From Pristiophorus japonicus (taxonomy: Eukaryota): a DNA stretch of 64,000 bases. Below are positions 36,613 through 50,238 of this stretch, piece by piece; positions within the stretch are counted from its first letter, which is position 1; every line of letters begins with the position of its first letter. A program made the translations under genes and the position numbers. The stretch spans positions 1,054,001 through 1,118,000 of the forward strand of contig NW_027251278.1 of the NCBI RefSeq assembly GCF_044704955.1. The letters are read 5' to 3'. The notes under the pieces are model-generated. The model saw only the letters and a program-made list of their open reading frames with translations. It was not told the DNA's origin and did not search any database.

Positions 36613-38675
36613 TAGTGTTGGTCAGACATCCCCTGCCCGATCAACGGGGGTGTATTGGAAGGACTTTAAATGCTGTGCGTCACGGAGAAATGGTTTGTTA
36701 GGTGTAAGCACAGGTATGGTACTAAACCCTACAGGCAGATCCCACCCAGGTAACGCTATTGGTCTTCGAATTGGCTTCAGTGCCCTGGAGTAGTGAGGGA
36801 GACTTCCCGGTCGCTGGCCCCAGTTGGGTGTGTTCTGGAGGAGAAGGCCAGCAGACTGGGCTGTGCTTTGATTCCAGGCTCCCTTCCTTTCCATGGTCAA
36901 ATGGCCGTCATGCACCTCACACGTAAATAGTCGGGTAACTACACCAGCGAGGGCTGGGACGGACATTGGGGTGTGTGGGGCAGGCGCCTGTGTTTGGTGC
37001 TGCAGGAATGGGCTGTTTTGCAGCTGTGTTGATCAAACCACATCTCAGTATCGTCACTCTGTGGTTTGCTGTGTGTTCTGGGAACTGCTGGTGCAATATT
37101 CTCGCAACAAGACACAGTACCGATTGGCAAGATCTAGCTGTTTCCCCTCCCCCTTCCCTCTTGCGCCCCTCCCCCTCCCCTCCCGTTGGCCGGTGATGCA
37201 TTTATTACCCATTCCTGTTTGCTCCGCAGTGACAGGTGCCCTGTGCTGATACCCTGACAGTCTGCCACCCCTGGCAGTTTTACTCGGTTAACTTGGAACT
37301 ATCCATGGTAGCTGTGTGACACTCGTTTTATCGCCCTGTGTCCATATTGAAGTCGATGTGCCGTTCCTCAGCCAGTTCGCAGACTCGAACTCGATTCATA
37401 GATCCTCGTCTGACTCTTCAGTTCACCTTTCCCCTGGGTCTGACTTCGGTGGTGTGAATTTGAATGTTTTGCATTGGGCCTGTTTTACAGGCTGGTGATG
37501 TAAATTAGGACCAGTCAGGAAGCCAGTGCTGAATGGTAACTGTGACCATGGTCCCACAGACCACATCGCTGGTGTGTGAGAGCACTGAATGAATTGATTA
37601 ACATTCCATGTTGGCCAAGGCCCATGCTCGGGTTTGCTTTTTGTTGGCTGTGCATCACGCTTTGTTTCAGAGACCCAGTGTCTGGGTGTTTGACAGTGTG
37701 TCAGTCTGAGCCACAGAGGGAGCTTTCCCTGTTCAGTAGGTTAAGTAGCAGAGGAAATTGGTTTCTGCAGAGAATGAGAGTTGATGAGAACGTTGCATCT
37801 CTGTGCTCTTGTGCGCTGCAGTACAAAGCTCCGAAATATACCCAGTGACAACCCTGACCACCGGAAGACAGTCACAGGCTCCAGTTCATCGCCCGTGAGT
37901 GGGAAATGTGACTCTGTGGGTATCTCAGCCGAGCCCGAGCCTGCCCTTGCTCGATGTCCACACACGGTGTCTGGCGGGGATCGCTGGGTGCTGATCAGAA
38001 GCAGCCCGGGTTGAAGGCCCCCTCGCGACGATTTCCGGGGACACGAGCTATTTGCATGCATGCCCCGGTCTCCTGCTGCAGACCTGCGGTGCACGCACAC
38101 TGCACCAGTCCAGCTCCACGCGCATGCTGTGGTTTGAGTGTCCGCCCTGCCTCTCCACAGTCGGGCTACAACCTGACACAGCAGTGAAACCCAATCCGAT
38201 TCCTGAAGGAGATCGGCTCGCTCTGCTTCTCTCCTGAATCATTCCGGACTTTATTTATGCTCCGTTTAATGTCGAAACAAAGCCGGTGTTTGGGACTGGG
38301 ACTGGTTTGCTGCAGTCGTGCGCCCTGAATACGATAGTTACAGTCAGCAATGTACAAAGGAAACACCCAAACCCATGGAAACACTGCAGGGTGATCCTTC
38401 CAGTTCTCAGAGAGGTTAGAAAATCTTGGGCATGCCCACCTTGAAAGGAGGTGATTGAGCAGCCTTTGTAGAGGGGCGTGTGGTAGTGAGTGGAACAGAA
38501 AAGGTTCATGCTCAGCACGATTTCCGGTTAAACCAGGGCCACGGGAACAAACCAGGAAAGGCTAGTTCAGAACTCACGGTCAGTGCCTGGGATAGTCCTC
38601 CCTCTTCTACACTGGATCTCAGCTCCGTTTGTTTAGGTCGTTCGATGTGAAGGGCACATTCAGAGCACTCACGAA

Positions 38676-41600
38676 CCCTCCCTAACTCTGTAACCTCCTC
38701 CAGCCCTACACCCTTCCCTATCTCTGTAACCTCCTCCAGCCCCTACACCCCTCCCTAACTCTGTAACCTCCTACACCCCTCCCTAACTCTGTAACCTCCT
38801 CCAGCCCCTACACCCCTCCCTATCTCTGTAACCCCCTCCAGCCCTACACCCCTCCCTATCTCTGTAACCCCCTACACCCCTCCCTAACTCTGTAACCCCC
38901 TACACCCCTCCCTATCTCTGTAACCCCCTACACCCCTCCCTATCTCTGTAACCCCCTACACCCCTCCCTATCTCTGTAACCCCCTACACCCCTCCCTATC
39001 TCTGTAACCTCCTCCAGCCCCTACACCCCTCCCTAACTCTGTAACCTCCTATACCCCTCCCTAACTCTGTAACCCCCTCCAGCCCCTACACCCCTCCCTA
39101 ACTCTGTAACCCCCCTCCCTAACTCTGTAACCCCCTCCAGCCCCTACACCCCTCCCTAACTCTGTAACCCCCTCCAGCCCCTACACCCCTCCCTATCTCT
39201 GTAACCTCCCTCCAGCCCCTACACCCCTCCCTATCTCTGTAACCTCCCTCCAGCCCCTACACCCCTCCCTAACTCTGTAACCTCCTACACCCCTCCCTAA
39301 CTCTGTAACCCCCTACACCCCTCCCTAACTCTGTAACCCCCTACACCCCTCCCTAACTCTGTAACCTCCTCCAGCCCCTACACCCCTCCCTATCTCTGTA
39401 ACCCCCTCCAGCCCTACACCCCTCCCTATCTCTGTAACCCCCTCCAGCCCTACACCCCTCCCTATCTCTGTAACCCCCTACACCCCTCCCTAACTCTGTA
39501 ACCCCCTACACCCCTCCCTATCTCTGTAACCCCCTACACCCCTCCCTATCTCTGTAACCTCCTCCAGCCCCTACACCCCTCCCTAACTCTGTAACCCCCC
39601 TCCCTAACTCTGTAACCCCCCTCCCTAACTCTGTAACCCCCCTCCCTAACTCTGTAACCCCCCTCCCTAACTCTGTAACCCCCCTCCCTAACTCTGTAAC
39701 CCCCCTCCCTAACTCTGTAACCCCCCTCCCTAACTCTGTAACCCCCCTCCCTAACTCTGTAACCCCCCTCCCTAACTCTGTAACCCCCCTCCCTAACTCT
39801 GTAACCCCCCTCCCTAACTCTGTAACCCCCCTCCCTAACTCTGTAACCCCCCTCCCTAACTCTGTAACCCCCCTCCCTAACTCTGTAACCCCCCTCCCTA
39901 ACTCTGTAACCCCCCTCCCTAACTCTGTAACCCCCCTCCCTAACTCTGTAACCCCCCTCCCTAACTCTGTAACCCCCCTCCCTAACTCTGTAACCCCCCT
40001 CCCTAACTCTGTAACCCCCCTCCCTAACTCTGTAACCCCCCTCCCTAACTCTGTAACCCCCCTCCCTAACTCTGTAACCCCCCTCCCTAACTCTGTAACC
40101 CCCCTCCCTAACTCTGTAACCCCCCTCCCTAACTCTGTAACCCCCCTCCCTAACTCTGTAACCCCCCTCCCTAACTCTGTAACCCCCCTCCCTAACTCTG
40201 TAACCCCCCTCCCTAACTCTGTAACCCCCCTCCCTAACTCTGTAACCCCCCTCCCTAACTCTGTAACCCCCCTCCCTAACTCTGTAACCCCCCTCCCTAA
40301 CTCTGTAACCCCCCTCCCTAACTCTGTAACCCCCTCCAGCCCCTACACCCCTCCCTAACTCTGTAACCCCCTCCAGCCCCTACACCCCTCCCTATCTCTG
40401 TAACCTCCCTCCAGCCCCTACACCCCTCCCTATCTCTGTAACCTCCCTCCAGCCCCTACACCCCTCCCTAACTCTGTAATCTCCTCCAGCCCCGACACCC
40501 CTCCCTATCTCTGTAACCCCCTCCAGCCCCTACACCCCTCCCTAACTCTGTAAGCCCCTACACCCCTCCCTAACTCTGTTACCTCCTCCAGCCCCTACAC
40601 CCCTCCCTAACTCTGTTACCTCCTCCAGCCCTACACCCCTCCCTATCTCTGTAACCTCCTCCAACCCCTACACCCCTCCATATCTCTGTAACCCCCTCCA
40701 GCCCCTACACCCCTCCCTAACTCTGTAACCTCCTCCAGCCCTACACCCCTCCCTATCTCTGTAACCTCCCTCCAGCCCCTACACCCCTCCCTATCTCTGT
40801 AACCTCCCTCCAGCCCCTACACCCCTCCCTATCTCTGTAACCTCCCTCCAGCCCCTACACACCTCCCTAACTCTGTTACCTCCTCCAGCCCCTACACCCC
40901 TCCCTAACTCTGTTACCTCCTCCAGCCCTACACCCCTCCACTCCTCCCTATCTCTGTAACCTCCTCCAGCCCCTCCCTAACTCTGTAACCCCCTACACCC
41001 CTCCCTAACTCTGTAACCCCCTACACCCCTCCCTAACTCTGTAACCCCCTACACCCCTCCCTAACTCTGTAACCTCCTCCAGCCCCTACACCCCTCCCTC
41101 CCTCCCTCCCTATCTCTGTAACCCCCTCCAGCCCTACACCCCTCCCTATCTCTGTAACCCCCTACACCCCTCCCTAACTCTGTAACCCCCTACACCCCTC
41201 CCTATCTCTGTAACCCCCTACACTCCTCCCTATCTCTGTAACCTCCTCCAGCCCCTACACCCCTCCCTAACTCTGTAACCTCCTATACCCCTCCCTAACT
41301 CTGTAACCCCATCCAGCCCCTACACCCCTCCCTAACTCTGTAACCCCCTCCAGCCCCTACACCCCTCCCTATCTCTGTAACCTCCCTCCAGCCCCTACAC
41401 CCCTCCCTATCTCTGTAACCTCCCTCCAGCCCCTACATCCCTCCCTAACTCTGTAACCTCCTACACCCCTCCCTAACTCTGTAACCCCCTACACCCCTCC
41501 CTAACTCTGTAATCTCCTCCAGCCCCTACACCCCTCCCTATCTCTGTAACCCCCTCCAGCCCTACACCCCTCCCTATCTCTGTAACCCCCTACGCCCCTC

Positions 41601-43600
41601 CCTAACTCTGTAACCCCCTCCAGCCCCTACACCCCTCCCTAACTCTGTAATCTCCTCCAGCCCCTACACCCCTCCCTATCTCTGTAACCCCCTCCAGCCC
41701 CTACACCCCTCCCTAACTCTGTTACCTCCTCCAGCCCTACACGCCTCCCTATCTCTGTAACCTCCTCCAATCCCTACACCCCTCCCTATCTCTGTAACCC
41801 CCTCCAGCCCCTACACCCCTCCCTAACTCTGTTACCTCCTCCAGCCCTACACCCCTCCCTATCTCTGTAACCTCCTCCAGCCCCTACACCCCTCCCTATC
41901 TCTGTAACCTCCCTCCAGCCCCTACACCCCTCCCTATCTCTGTAACCTCCCTCCAGCCCCTACACCCCTCCCTATCTCTGTAACCTCCTCCAGCCCCTAC
42001 ACCCCTCCCTAACTCTGTAACCTCCTCCAGCCCCTACACCCCTTCCTATCTCTGTAACCCCCTCCAACCCCTACACCCCTCCCTAACTCTGTAACCTCCT
42101 CCAGCCCCTACACCCCTCCCTATCTCTGTAACCCCCTACACCCATCCCTATCTCTGTAACCTCCTCCAGCCCTACACCCCTCCCTATCTCTGTAACCCCC
42201 TACACCCCTCCCTATCTCTGTAACCCCCTCCAGCCCCTACACCCCTCCCTATCTCTGTAACCTCCTCCATCCCTATACCCCTCCCTATCTCTCTAACCCC
42301 CTCCAGCCCCTACACCCCTCCCTATCTCTGTAACCCCCTCCAGCCCCTACACCCCTCCCTATCTCTGTAACCCCCTACACCCATCCCTATCTCTGTAACC
42401 CCCTACACCCATCCCTATCTCTGTAACCTCCTCCAGCCCCTACACCCCTCCCTAACTCTGTAACCTCCTCCAGCCCCTCCACCCCTCCCTAACTCTGTAA
42501 CCTCCTCCAGCCCTACACCCCTCCCTATCTCTGTAACCTCCTCCAGCCCTACACCCCTCCCTAACTCTGTAACCTCCTCCAGCCCCTACACCCCTCCCTA
42601 TCTCTGTAACCTCCTCCAGCCCCTACACCCCTCCCTATCTCTGTAACCTCCTCCAGCCCTACACCCCTCCCTAACTCTGTAACCTCCTCCAGCTCCTACA
42701 CCCCTCCCTAACTCTGTAACCTCCTCCAACCCCTACACCCCTCCCTATCTCTGTAACCCCCTCCAGCCCCTACACCCCTCCCTATCTTGTAACCTCCTCC
42801 AGCCCCTACACCCCTCCCTATCTCTGTAACCTCCTACACCCCTCCCTAACTCTGTAACCTCCTCCAGCCCCTACACACCTCCCTAACTCTGTAACCTCCT
42901 CCAGCCCCTGCACCCCTCCCTAACTCTGTAACCTCCTACATCCCTCCCTATCTCTGTAACCCCCTCCAGCCCCTACACCCCTCCCTAACTCTATAACCCC
43001 CTCCAGCCCTACACCCCTCCCAATCTCTGTAACCTCCTCCAGCCCCTGCACCCATCCCTATCTCTGTAACCTCCTCCAGCCCTGACACCCCTCCCTATCT
43101 CTGTAACCTCCTCCAGCCCCTACACCCCTCCCTATCTCTGTAACCTCCTCCAGCCCCTACACCCCTCTCTATCTCTGTAACCACCTCCAGCCCCTACACC
43201 CCTCCCTATCTCTGTAACCTCCTCCAGCCCCTACACCCCTCCCTATCTCTGTAACCTCCTCCAGCCCCTACACCCCTCCCTATCTCTGTAACCTCCTCCA
43301 GCCCCTACACCCCTCCCTACCTCTGTAACCTCCTCCAGCCCCTACACCATTCCCTATCTCTGTAACCTCCTCCAGCCCCTACATCCCTCCCTATCTCTGT
43401 AACCTCCAGCCCCTACAACCCTTCCTATCTCTGTACCCTCCTCCAGCCCCCACACCCTCCCTATCTCTGTAACTGCCTCCAGCCCCCACACCCTCCCTAT
43501 CTCTCTAACCTCCTCCAGCCCCCACACTCTCCCTATCTCTGTAACCGCCTCCAGCCCCCACACCCTCCCTATCTCTGTAACCTCCTCCAGCCCTACACCC
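38676..43600. repeat. About 4.9-kb C-rich array (ccctccctatctctgtaacctcctccagcccctaca variants) with a homogeneous 21-bp core at about 39585-40325
   Basis: Seen directly. The unit matches the L2 segment at about 1875-1905. Confidence 0.95.
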
Positions 43601-43905
43601 ATCCGAGATGTCTGCGCTCCTCCAATTCTGGCCCCTTGTGCAAATCCCGATTTTAATCGTTCCAACATTGGTGGCCGTGCCTTTAGCGGTCGAGGTCCTA
43701 GGCTCTGGAATTCCCTCCCTAAACTCTCCGCCTCTCTTTCCTCCCGTTAAGATGCTCCTTTAACCCTACCACTTTGACCAAGCTTTTGGTCGTCTGTCCT
43801 AATATCTCCTTGTGTGGCTCTGTGTCGAATTTTCTTTTACGACACTCCTGTGAAGCACCTTCGGACGGTTTACTGCATTTAAAACAAGTTATTGTCTTGT
43901 CATTG
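43600..43905 (+). mobile_element. L2 LINE 3' end continuing from the array
   Basis: aattctggcccc...gattttaatcg...ggccgtgcctt...ctctggaattc...gctccttta...aagcttttggtc parallels 1911-2180. Confidence 0.85.
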
Positions 43906-44347
43906 CTCCAGGTTACCTGTTTTAATGTTCCCGCTTTCTCCCCGGGGGTAAAGGTGTCTACTCTCTCCCCACCTGCTCTAAATGCACCGGCCCTCCCTGG
44001 GGATTTGTTCCATGGGTTCAGGTCACCCCCTTGTGTATCGCCGAAGTGACTATTCTTCATGTCCGATTCGGGACAGTGAGCTGTTTGCTATTGGAGAGCA
44101 TCACCAGCCAGCCAGCTCGCCTGGGTTCCAGCAGGATAGCGACCAGGAGCTGTGAACGTGCTCTCCTCCTCCTCCTTTCCCCTGTAGTGCCCCTGCCGAG
44201 ATCAAACTGGGGACTGAAGCCGGTTGCTGTGGACTCTGTCTGTGGCTCAGTACCACACCACGGAGCTGGCAGGGAGAGGGTTACTGTCGGGCTGTGTAGA
44301 CTCCAGGCTGCTGTATATTTGAAGTAACACTCTCGCTTTCATTTCAG

Positions 44348-44374
44348 GCAGAAGAAGGAAACATTGAATACAAG
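44348..44374 (+). CDS. GTPBP2: GTPBP2 exon 2, a 27-nt microexon (AEEGNIEYK)
   Basis: ttcag acceptor and AAG|gtgagc donor. Conserved GNIEYK. Too short to appear in the ORF track. Confidence 0.93.
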
Positions 44375-44929
44375 GTGAGCTTGGTGCTGCTGTCAGCGTT
44401 GCTGATGCCCGTGAGTTTGAGGAGAGCACAAGGTTTCTAACCACGCGCTCCTTCAAAGGCAGCTTGCCTGCGTTTAACAAAATGAACTGACGCGTGTAAA
44501 GACGGGCGCTCATTGTTTAGGCCCTGTACTGTCCTTATTGTTTCAGTGGCTGAGGGAAAGTCTGCCAATGACTGACGGATGTGTTTGAGAGCTCTGGCTA
44601 CCAGCAACGCTCCCACCCTGCCCCTCTCCCTCACCCCTCATTCCAATAAGGGTGGTCTTTCTGAATAACAATAACTGAAGAGAGCTACCCTAGTCGAAGG
44701 AGGAGATCGGGGGGCTGGCAAACCTGTTAGAATTCTCTGAGAGAGTATTGGAGCTTGTGGATAAAGCAGGTTCCACCGACATATTCACCTGGACTTCAAG
44801 TCTTTATCCAGTGCTGCATGGGAGGCTGGGCGATAAAGTAGACAAGTATCGGATGGGTGTATGGCTATTCAAGTGCATTTACAACTGGCTGCATCAACAG
44901 CGGCAGGGTGGCTGTACATGACCGAAAAC

Positions 44930-45375
44930 GAAAGGCTTTCATTGCGATAGCGCCTTCCACAACCAGCCGACGTCCCAAAGCGCTTTACAGCCGATGAAGG
45001 ACTGTCTGAAGTAGAGTCACTGTTGTAATGTCGGAAATTTGGGCACAGCAAGCTCCCACAAGCAACACTGTGATAATGACCAGATAATTTGTTTTAATTG
45101 TGCTGGTTGAGGGATAAATATTGGCCAGGACCCCGGGGATAACTTCTCTGCTTCTCCTCAAAGTAGTGCCAAGGGATCTTTTACATCCACCTGAGGGGCC
45201 AGATGTGGCCGCAGTTTAATGTCTCATCCGAAAGACGGCCCCTCCGATGGTGCAGCGCTCCCTCGGCGCTGCCCCTCCGACAGTGCGTCTGCCGAGATTT
45301 TGTGCTCAAGTCTCTGGAATGAGACTTGAACTCATGGCCTTGACACTCTGAGGCGAAGGTGCTGCCCACTGAGCT
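44930..45375 (-). mobile_element. Near-complete Deu-domain SINE with only 1-2 internal 33-bp units
   Basis: Reverse complement of the 16600-17170 layout. Confidence 0.82.
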
Positions 45376-45967
45376 AGGCTGGCACTATTCTACCCTTTGC
45401 CTTGGTGTCCACGGTTAACCTCTGAAGCACCTTGAGACAGCTTTTCTGAATGAAAGGCCCCCTCTGTGTCTCGGCCCTGACCGGTAGTTGCAGCCGCCGC
45501 ATTGGGTTAGTTGTGGAGAAATTAGGGCAGGGTTCTTGCTGCAAGTGCTCAATGTGTAACCGCCTGATAAGGACAAGAGCCCAGCCTGCTGTGACGTGTC
45601 TGGACTCTCGCATGAAAAGTGTCTGCTTTCACCAGCTGCCGGAGAGCTACCATTATCTGTGAAACTGCACTCTGGCAAGTGTCGTCACCGTCAGATGGTA
45701 TCACATCTCTCTCAGCGGCCCCAACCCACTTGTGTGTCCAACAGATTGATTTGAAGAGGAGAGGCTGTTATCTGGGCCAGGGCGGCCGCTGTTTCGCACA
45801 CAGCAAGATCCCACAAATAACTGTGAGGTGAAAGAGCAGTTCATAACGTTCACAGTGCTTGCGGGAAGAGTGATGGCTGGGATACTGCGGCGATCTCCCT
45901 GCTTTGCAAATAGTGCCGTGAGATCTTCAGCATCCACCTGCACAGCCGGTTTAACTTCTCACCTGAA

Positions 45968-46570
45968 GGAGTATAAAAGCAGGGAAATCTTGCTACAGCT
46001 ATACATGGTATTGGCAAGGCCACACCTGGAATACTGCGTGCAGTTTTGGTTTCCATATTTACGAAAGGATACACTTGCTTTGGAGGCAGTTCAGAGAAGG
46101 TTCACTCGGTTGATTCCGGGGATGAGGGGGTTGACTTATGAGGAAATGTTGAGTAGGTTGGGCCTCTACTCATTGGAATTCAGAAGAATGAAAGGTGATC
46201 TTATCGAAACGTATAAGATTATGAGGGAACTTGACAGGGGTGGATGCAGAGAGAATGTTTCCACTGATGGGGGAGACTAGAACTAAGGGGCATGGTCTTA
46301 GAATAAGGGGCCGTCCATTTAAAACTGAGATGAGGAGGAATTTCTTCTCTCAGAGGGTTGTAAATCTGTGGAATTCGCTGCCTCGGAGAGCTGTGGAAGC
46401 TGGGACATTGAATAAATGTAAGACAGAAATAGACAGTTTCTTAACGGATACGGGAATAAGGGGTTATGGGGAGCGGGCGGGGAAGTGGATCTGAGTCCAT
46501 AATCGGATTAAATGGCGGAGCAGGCTCAAGGGACCGTATGGCCTACTCCTGCTCCTATTTCTTATATTCG
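45968..46570 (+). mobile_element. CR1 3' fragment abutting a minus-strand SINE piece (about 45790-45967)
   Basis: EYKSREILLQLY...RPHLEYCVQFW. Confidence 0.9.
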
Positions 46571-46901
46571 CAGTTGAGAGCAAAAATTGGGGGAAGGGAA
46601 GAAATTAATCAGGTTTTTGAAATCTACAGAAGGATATGAGGTGAGGGTTATGTTACTGTCCAGTTGAGGAGGGTGTGATGGTGTATTGGGTGAGGAGAGG
46701 GTGATATTACTGTGCGTGGAGAGGGGGAGGATAGGGACACTTGTGTTAGTGGGGGTGGGATGAGCTTATACCAGTGTATTGGGCGGGAAGGTCAAATTGC
46801 TGCACTGGCTGGGGGTCATGCTGCTGTATCGGGGTGTAGGATTGTATCTCCTTTCCGCACCCATCTCGTCCTCCAAGTAACTGCTGCTTTCTCTTCCCTA
46901 G

Positions 46902-47086
46902 CTGAAGTTGGTCAACCCCTCTCAGTATCGCTTCGAGCACCTGGTCACGCAGATGAAATGGCGGCTGCAGGAGGGTCGAGGCGAGGCGGTTTATCAGATC
47001 GGTGTGGAGGATAATGGTCTGCTGGTGGGGCTGTCCGAGGAGGAGCTCCGGGCCTCGCTGAAGACCCTGCGAAGGATGGCAGAAAA
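46902..47086 (+). CDS. GTPBP2: GTPBP2 exon 3 (LKLVNPSQYRFEHLVTQMKWRLQEGRGEAVY...RMAEK)
   Basis: tag acceptor and AA|gtaaat donor. Strong match to GTPBP2. Confidence 0.96.
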
Positions 47087-47309
47087 GTAAATATGCCCTC
47101 AATGTTTATAACCTTCATTGCGCTGGTTTAACACGAGCTGAAACAAGTGATGAGCCAGTTCCTTGCTGAGGACCCAGTGCAGTTTGTGTGCAGTACAGAG
47201 ACTTGCATCCCGTGGCTCAGGCCCACCTCGGTTGGTGCCGTCATCACCTGCTGGTGTCTGGTTTCAGTGAGCTGTGTGTGTGTTGTGTGCACAGCAGGGC
47301 CGCCTTATG

Positions 47310-48135
47310 ACAGATGGAGTATAATGTTGGAAAGTGTGAGGTCATGCACTTTGGCAGAAAAAAAATCAAAGAGCAAGTTATTATTTAAATGGAGAAAGAT
47401 TGCAAAGTGCCGCAGTACAGCGGGACCTGGGGTACTTGTGCATGAAACACAAAAGGATAGTATGCAGGGTACAGCAAGTGATCAGGAAGGCCAATGGAAT
47501 CTTCGCCTTTATTGCAAAGGAGATGGAATATAAAAGCAGGGAAGTCTTGCTACAGTTATACAGGGTATTGGAGAGGCCACACCTGGAATACTGCGTACAG
47601 TTTTGGTTTCCATATTTACGAAAGGATATACTTGCTTTGGAGGCAATTCAGAGAAGGTTCACTCGGTTGATTCCGGAGATAAGGGGGTTGACTTATGAGG
47701 AAAGGTTGAGGAGGTTGGGCCTCTACTCATTGGAATTCAGAAGAATGAGAGGTGATCTTATCGAAACATATAAGATTATGAGGGGGCTTGACAAGGTGGA
47801 TGCAGAGAGGATGTTTCCACTGATGGGGGAGACTTGAACTAGGGGGCATGATCTTAGAATAAGGGGCCGCCCATTTAAAACTGAGATGAGGAGAAATTTC
47901 TTCTTTCAGAGGGTTGTAAACCTGTGGAATTCGCTGCCTCAGAGCTGTGGAAGCTGGGATATTGAATAAATTTAAGACAGAGATAGACAGTTTTTTTTAA
48001 CCGGTAAGGGGTTATGGGGAGCGGGCAGGGAAGTGGACCCGAGTCCATGATCGGATCAGCCATGATCGTATTAAATGGCGGAGCAGGCTCGAGGGGCCGT
48101 ATGACCTACTCCTGCTCCTATTTCTTGTGTATCTT
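47310..48135 (+). mobile_element. CR1 3' fragment
   Basis: RT C-terminal ORF 47400-47837 plus tail. Confidence 0.92.
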
Positions 48136-48160
48136 AAGTTGCTCTGTGTTCTGTGTGCAG

Positions 48161-48269
48161 GGTCGGAGCAGACATCACCATCCTCCGCGAGCGCAACGTG
48201 GAGTATGACTTGGACTCGCCCAGGCGGATAGCCGAGGTTCTGATCAGGAAAGTTCCCGACGACCAACAG
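48161..48269 (+). CDS. GTPBP2: GTPBP2 exon 4 (VGADITILRERNVEYDLDSPRRIAEVLIRKVPDDQQ)
   Basis: cag acceptor and CAG|gtatgg donor; phase is consistent. Confidence 0.95.
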
Positions 48270-48892
48270 GTATGGCCCAGAGCTGCTCCCCTCGCCTGTC
48301 TCTAACCCTCCGACTAATATACCCAGCTGAAGTTCATGCATGGCACAGCACCAGTGGTTTCCCCAATCTGCCAAGCAGAGGGCCAACTACTTCCCAGCAG
48401 ACGGAGGTTAATCACTGTCAGCACTCTGCTGTCCAGACAGAAGGGAGAGGGTCCTTACCCTCTGGATGTAAGGGTCCTATGTTAAGTCTGTGCCATTTCA
48501 ATCTAGAACGTGTGGGTACTTCTCACACAGCGCTGTGAACTGCAGGCTCCCCTCGGAGTGATCCTTCTGAAAACGAAAGGATCTGACTGAGGCTGAAATC
48601 CTACCAACCAGTATGTCGTGAGGGAACTGGCTCCTCAAGCTGGAGTCGGGTCGATGTGGCACATACAGGAGATGTGGCGGAGACCAAGGTGTTCGATTCA
48701 TTATGAGCAATGTGTGTGGCAGGTTGTGGCTTTATACCCAGGTAGCTAAATGTCAGCGGGCTTGGGAGAACCCATATACACACCGTCTATAATCACCATC
48801 AGGCCTTCAGCCCAGGAGCTGTGGGAGTACATGACTGAGCATTCGGGTTTATCTGGGATATGGATGTCGGCACGGGTCTGTGTAAGGGTAAA

Positions 48893-49250
48893 ATATGAGG
48901 GGGCTTGACAAGGTGGATGCAGAGAGGATGTTTCCACTGATGGGGGAGACTAGAACTAGGGGGCACAATCTTAGAATGAGGGGCTGCCCATTTAAAACTG
49001 AGATGAGGAGGAATTTCTTCTGAGGGTTGTAAATCTGTGGAATTCGCTGCCTCTGTGGAAGCTGGGACATTGAATAAATTTAAGACAGAGATAGACAGTT
49101 TCTTAACCGATAAGGGATTAAGGGGTTATGGGGAGCGGGCGGGGAAGTGAACCCGAGTCCATGATCGGATCAGCCATGATCGTATTAAATGGCGGAGCAG
49201 GCTCGAGGGGCTTTATGGCCTACTCCTGCTCCTATATCTTATGTTCTTAT
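48893..49250 (+). mobile_element. CR1 3' fragment
   Basis: Near-identical to 47777-48125. Confidence 0.9.
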
Positions 49251-50040
49251 TAAATGAGACTCGGATCCTCGTTTGCTAGCTCGCTCTCTCTCGGAACGCG
49301 CATGATGTGTGGTCTCCTGCCCTATCCGCAGTCTTCAATAATGTGCTGGGTGGCACAGGGTGTTGGAGGGTGCAGACATCTCTGAAAGGGTTGCAGCACT
49401 CCCTCGTACCCGATGTGCTGGGTTATGCTGGGCCTCGGGCACTCCACTGAGGTACGGTGGTGGTCGACCGAAGCAGAGTTAGGACTCTGCAGGGCTCGAG
49501 AGGAGCTCAGTAATTGATTGTAAAGGTACCAGGACTGTCGGTCACAATTGTTGGTTTATCTTGGGACCTGGCTGGATGTCCCGTTTAAACTGGGAACATC
49601 TGAAGGGACAAAGGACACTCCCTTCAGTCACGGCTTCGGACAGTGATCAGTGACAGATTGTAGGATGGATTAAAATGCTGAAGTACTCTTTCTTACCTGC
49701 CGCAGGGCTATGGGGAAAGAGAAGGGGAGTGGGACTAATCAGATTGCTCTTCCACAGAGCTGGCACAGGCACGATGGGCCGAATGGCCTTCCTTTGTGCT
49801 GTATGGTCCTAGCCTGTGATATTTGTCATAGGTGACCCTCTGTGAACTGTTGTGATGTTCTGGGAAGGTGATGGAGGGGAGAGTACCTGAACTATGCTGT
49901 GCAGAAATGTGCTGGGATTGTAAATCTTGTCTGAATGCGGAGGTTGCTGGAAATCCCTGCGCTGTTTCAGTACAGGACGCAGGCACCGAGAGCTTTGAGC
50001 TGTCGGGAGGGTTTAACCTTCACTCTTGGTTCCTTTGCAG

Positions 50041-50238
50041 TTTCTTGACCTGCGAGTAGCAGTTTTGGGGAATGTGGACTCGGGGAAATCGACCCTCTTG
50101 GGGGTCCTGACACAGGGCGAGCTGGATAATGGACGGGGCCGAGCTCGACTCAACCTCTTCAGGCATCTGCACGAAATCCAGTCGGGCCGTACCTCCAGCA
50201 TCAGCTTCGAGATCCTGGGATTCAACAGCAAAGGAGAG
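50041..50238 (+). CDS. GTPBP2: GTPBP2 exon 5, containing the P-loop ([21 protein letters not shown]...GRTSSIS...KGE)
   Basis: G1 motif GNVDSGKS and switch I GRTSS; canonical splice sites. Confidence 0.98.

Noticed and set aside
39585-40325. Interstitial telomere
   Set aside because: CCCTAA occurs once per 21-bp unit, not as (CCCTAA)n, and the unit traces to L2.
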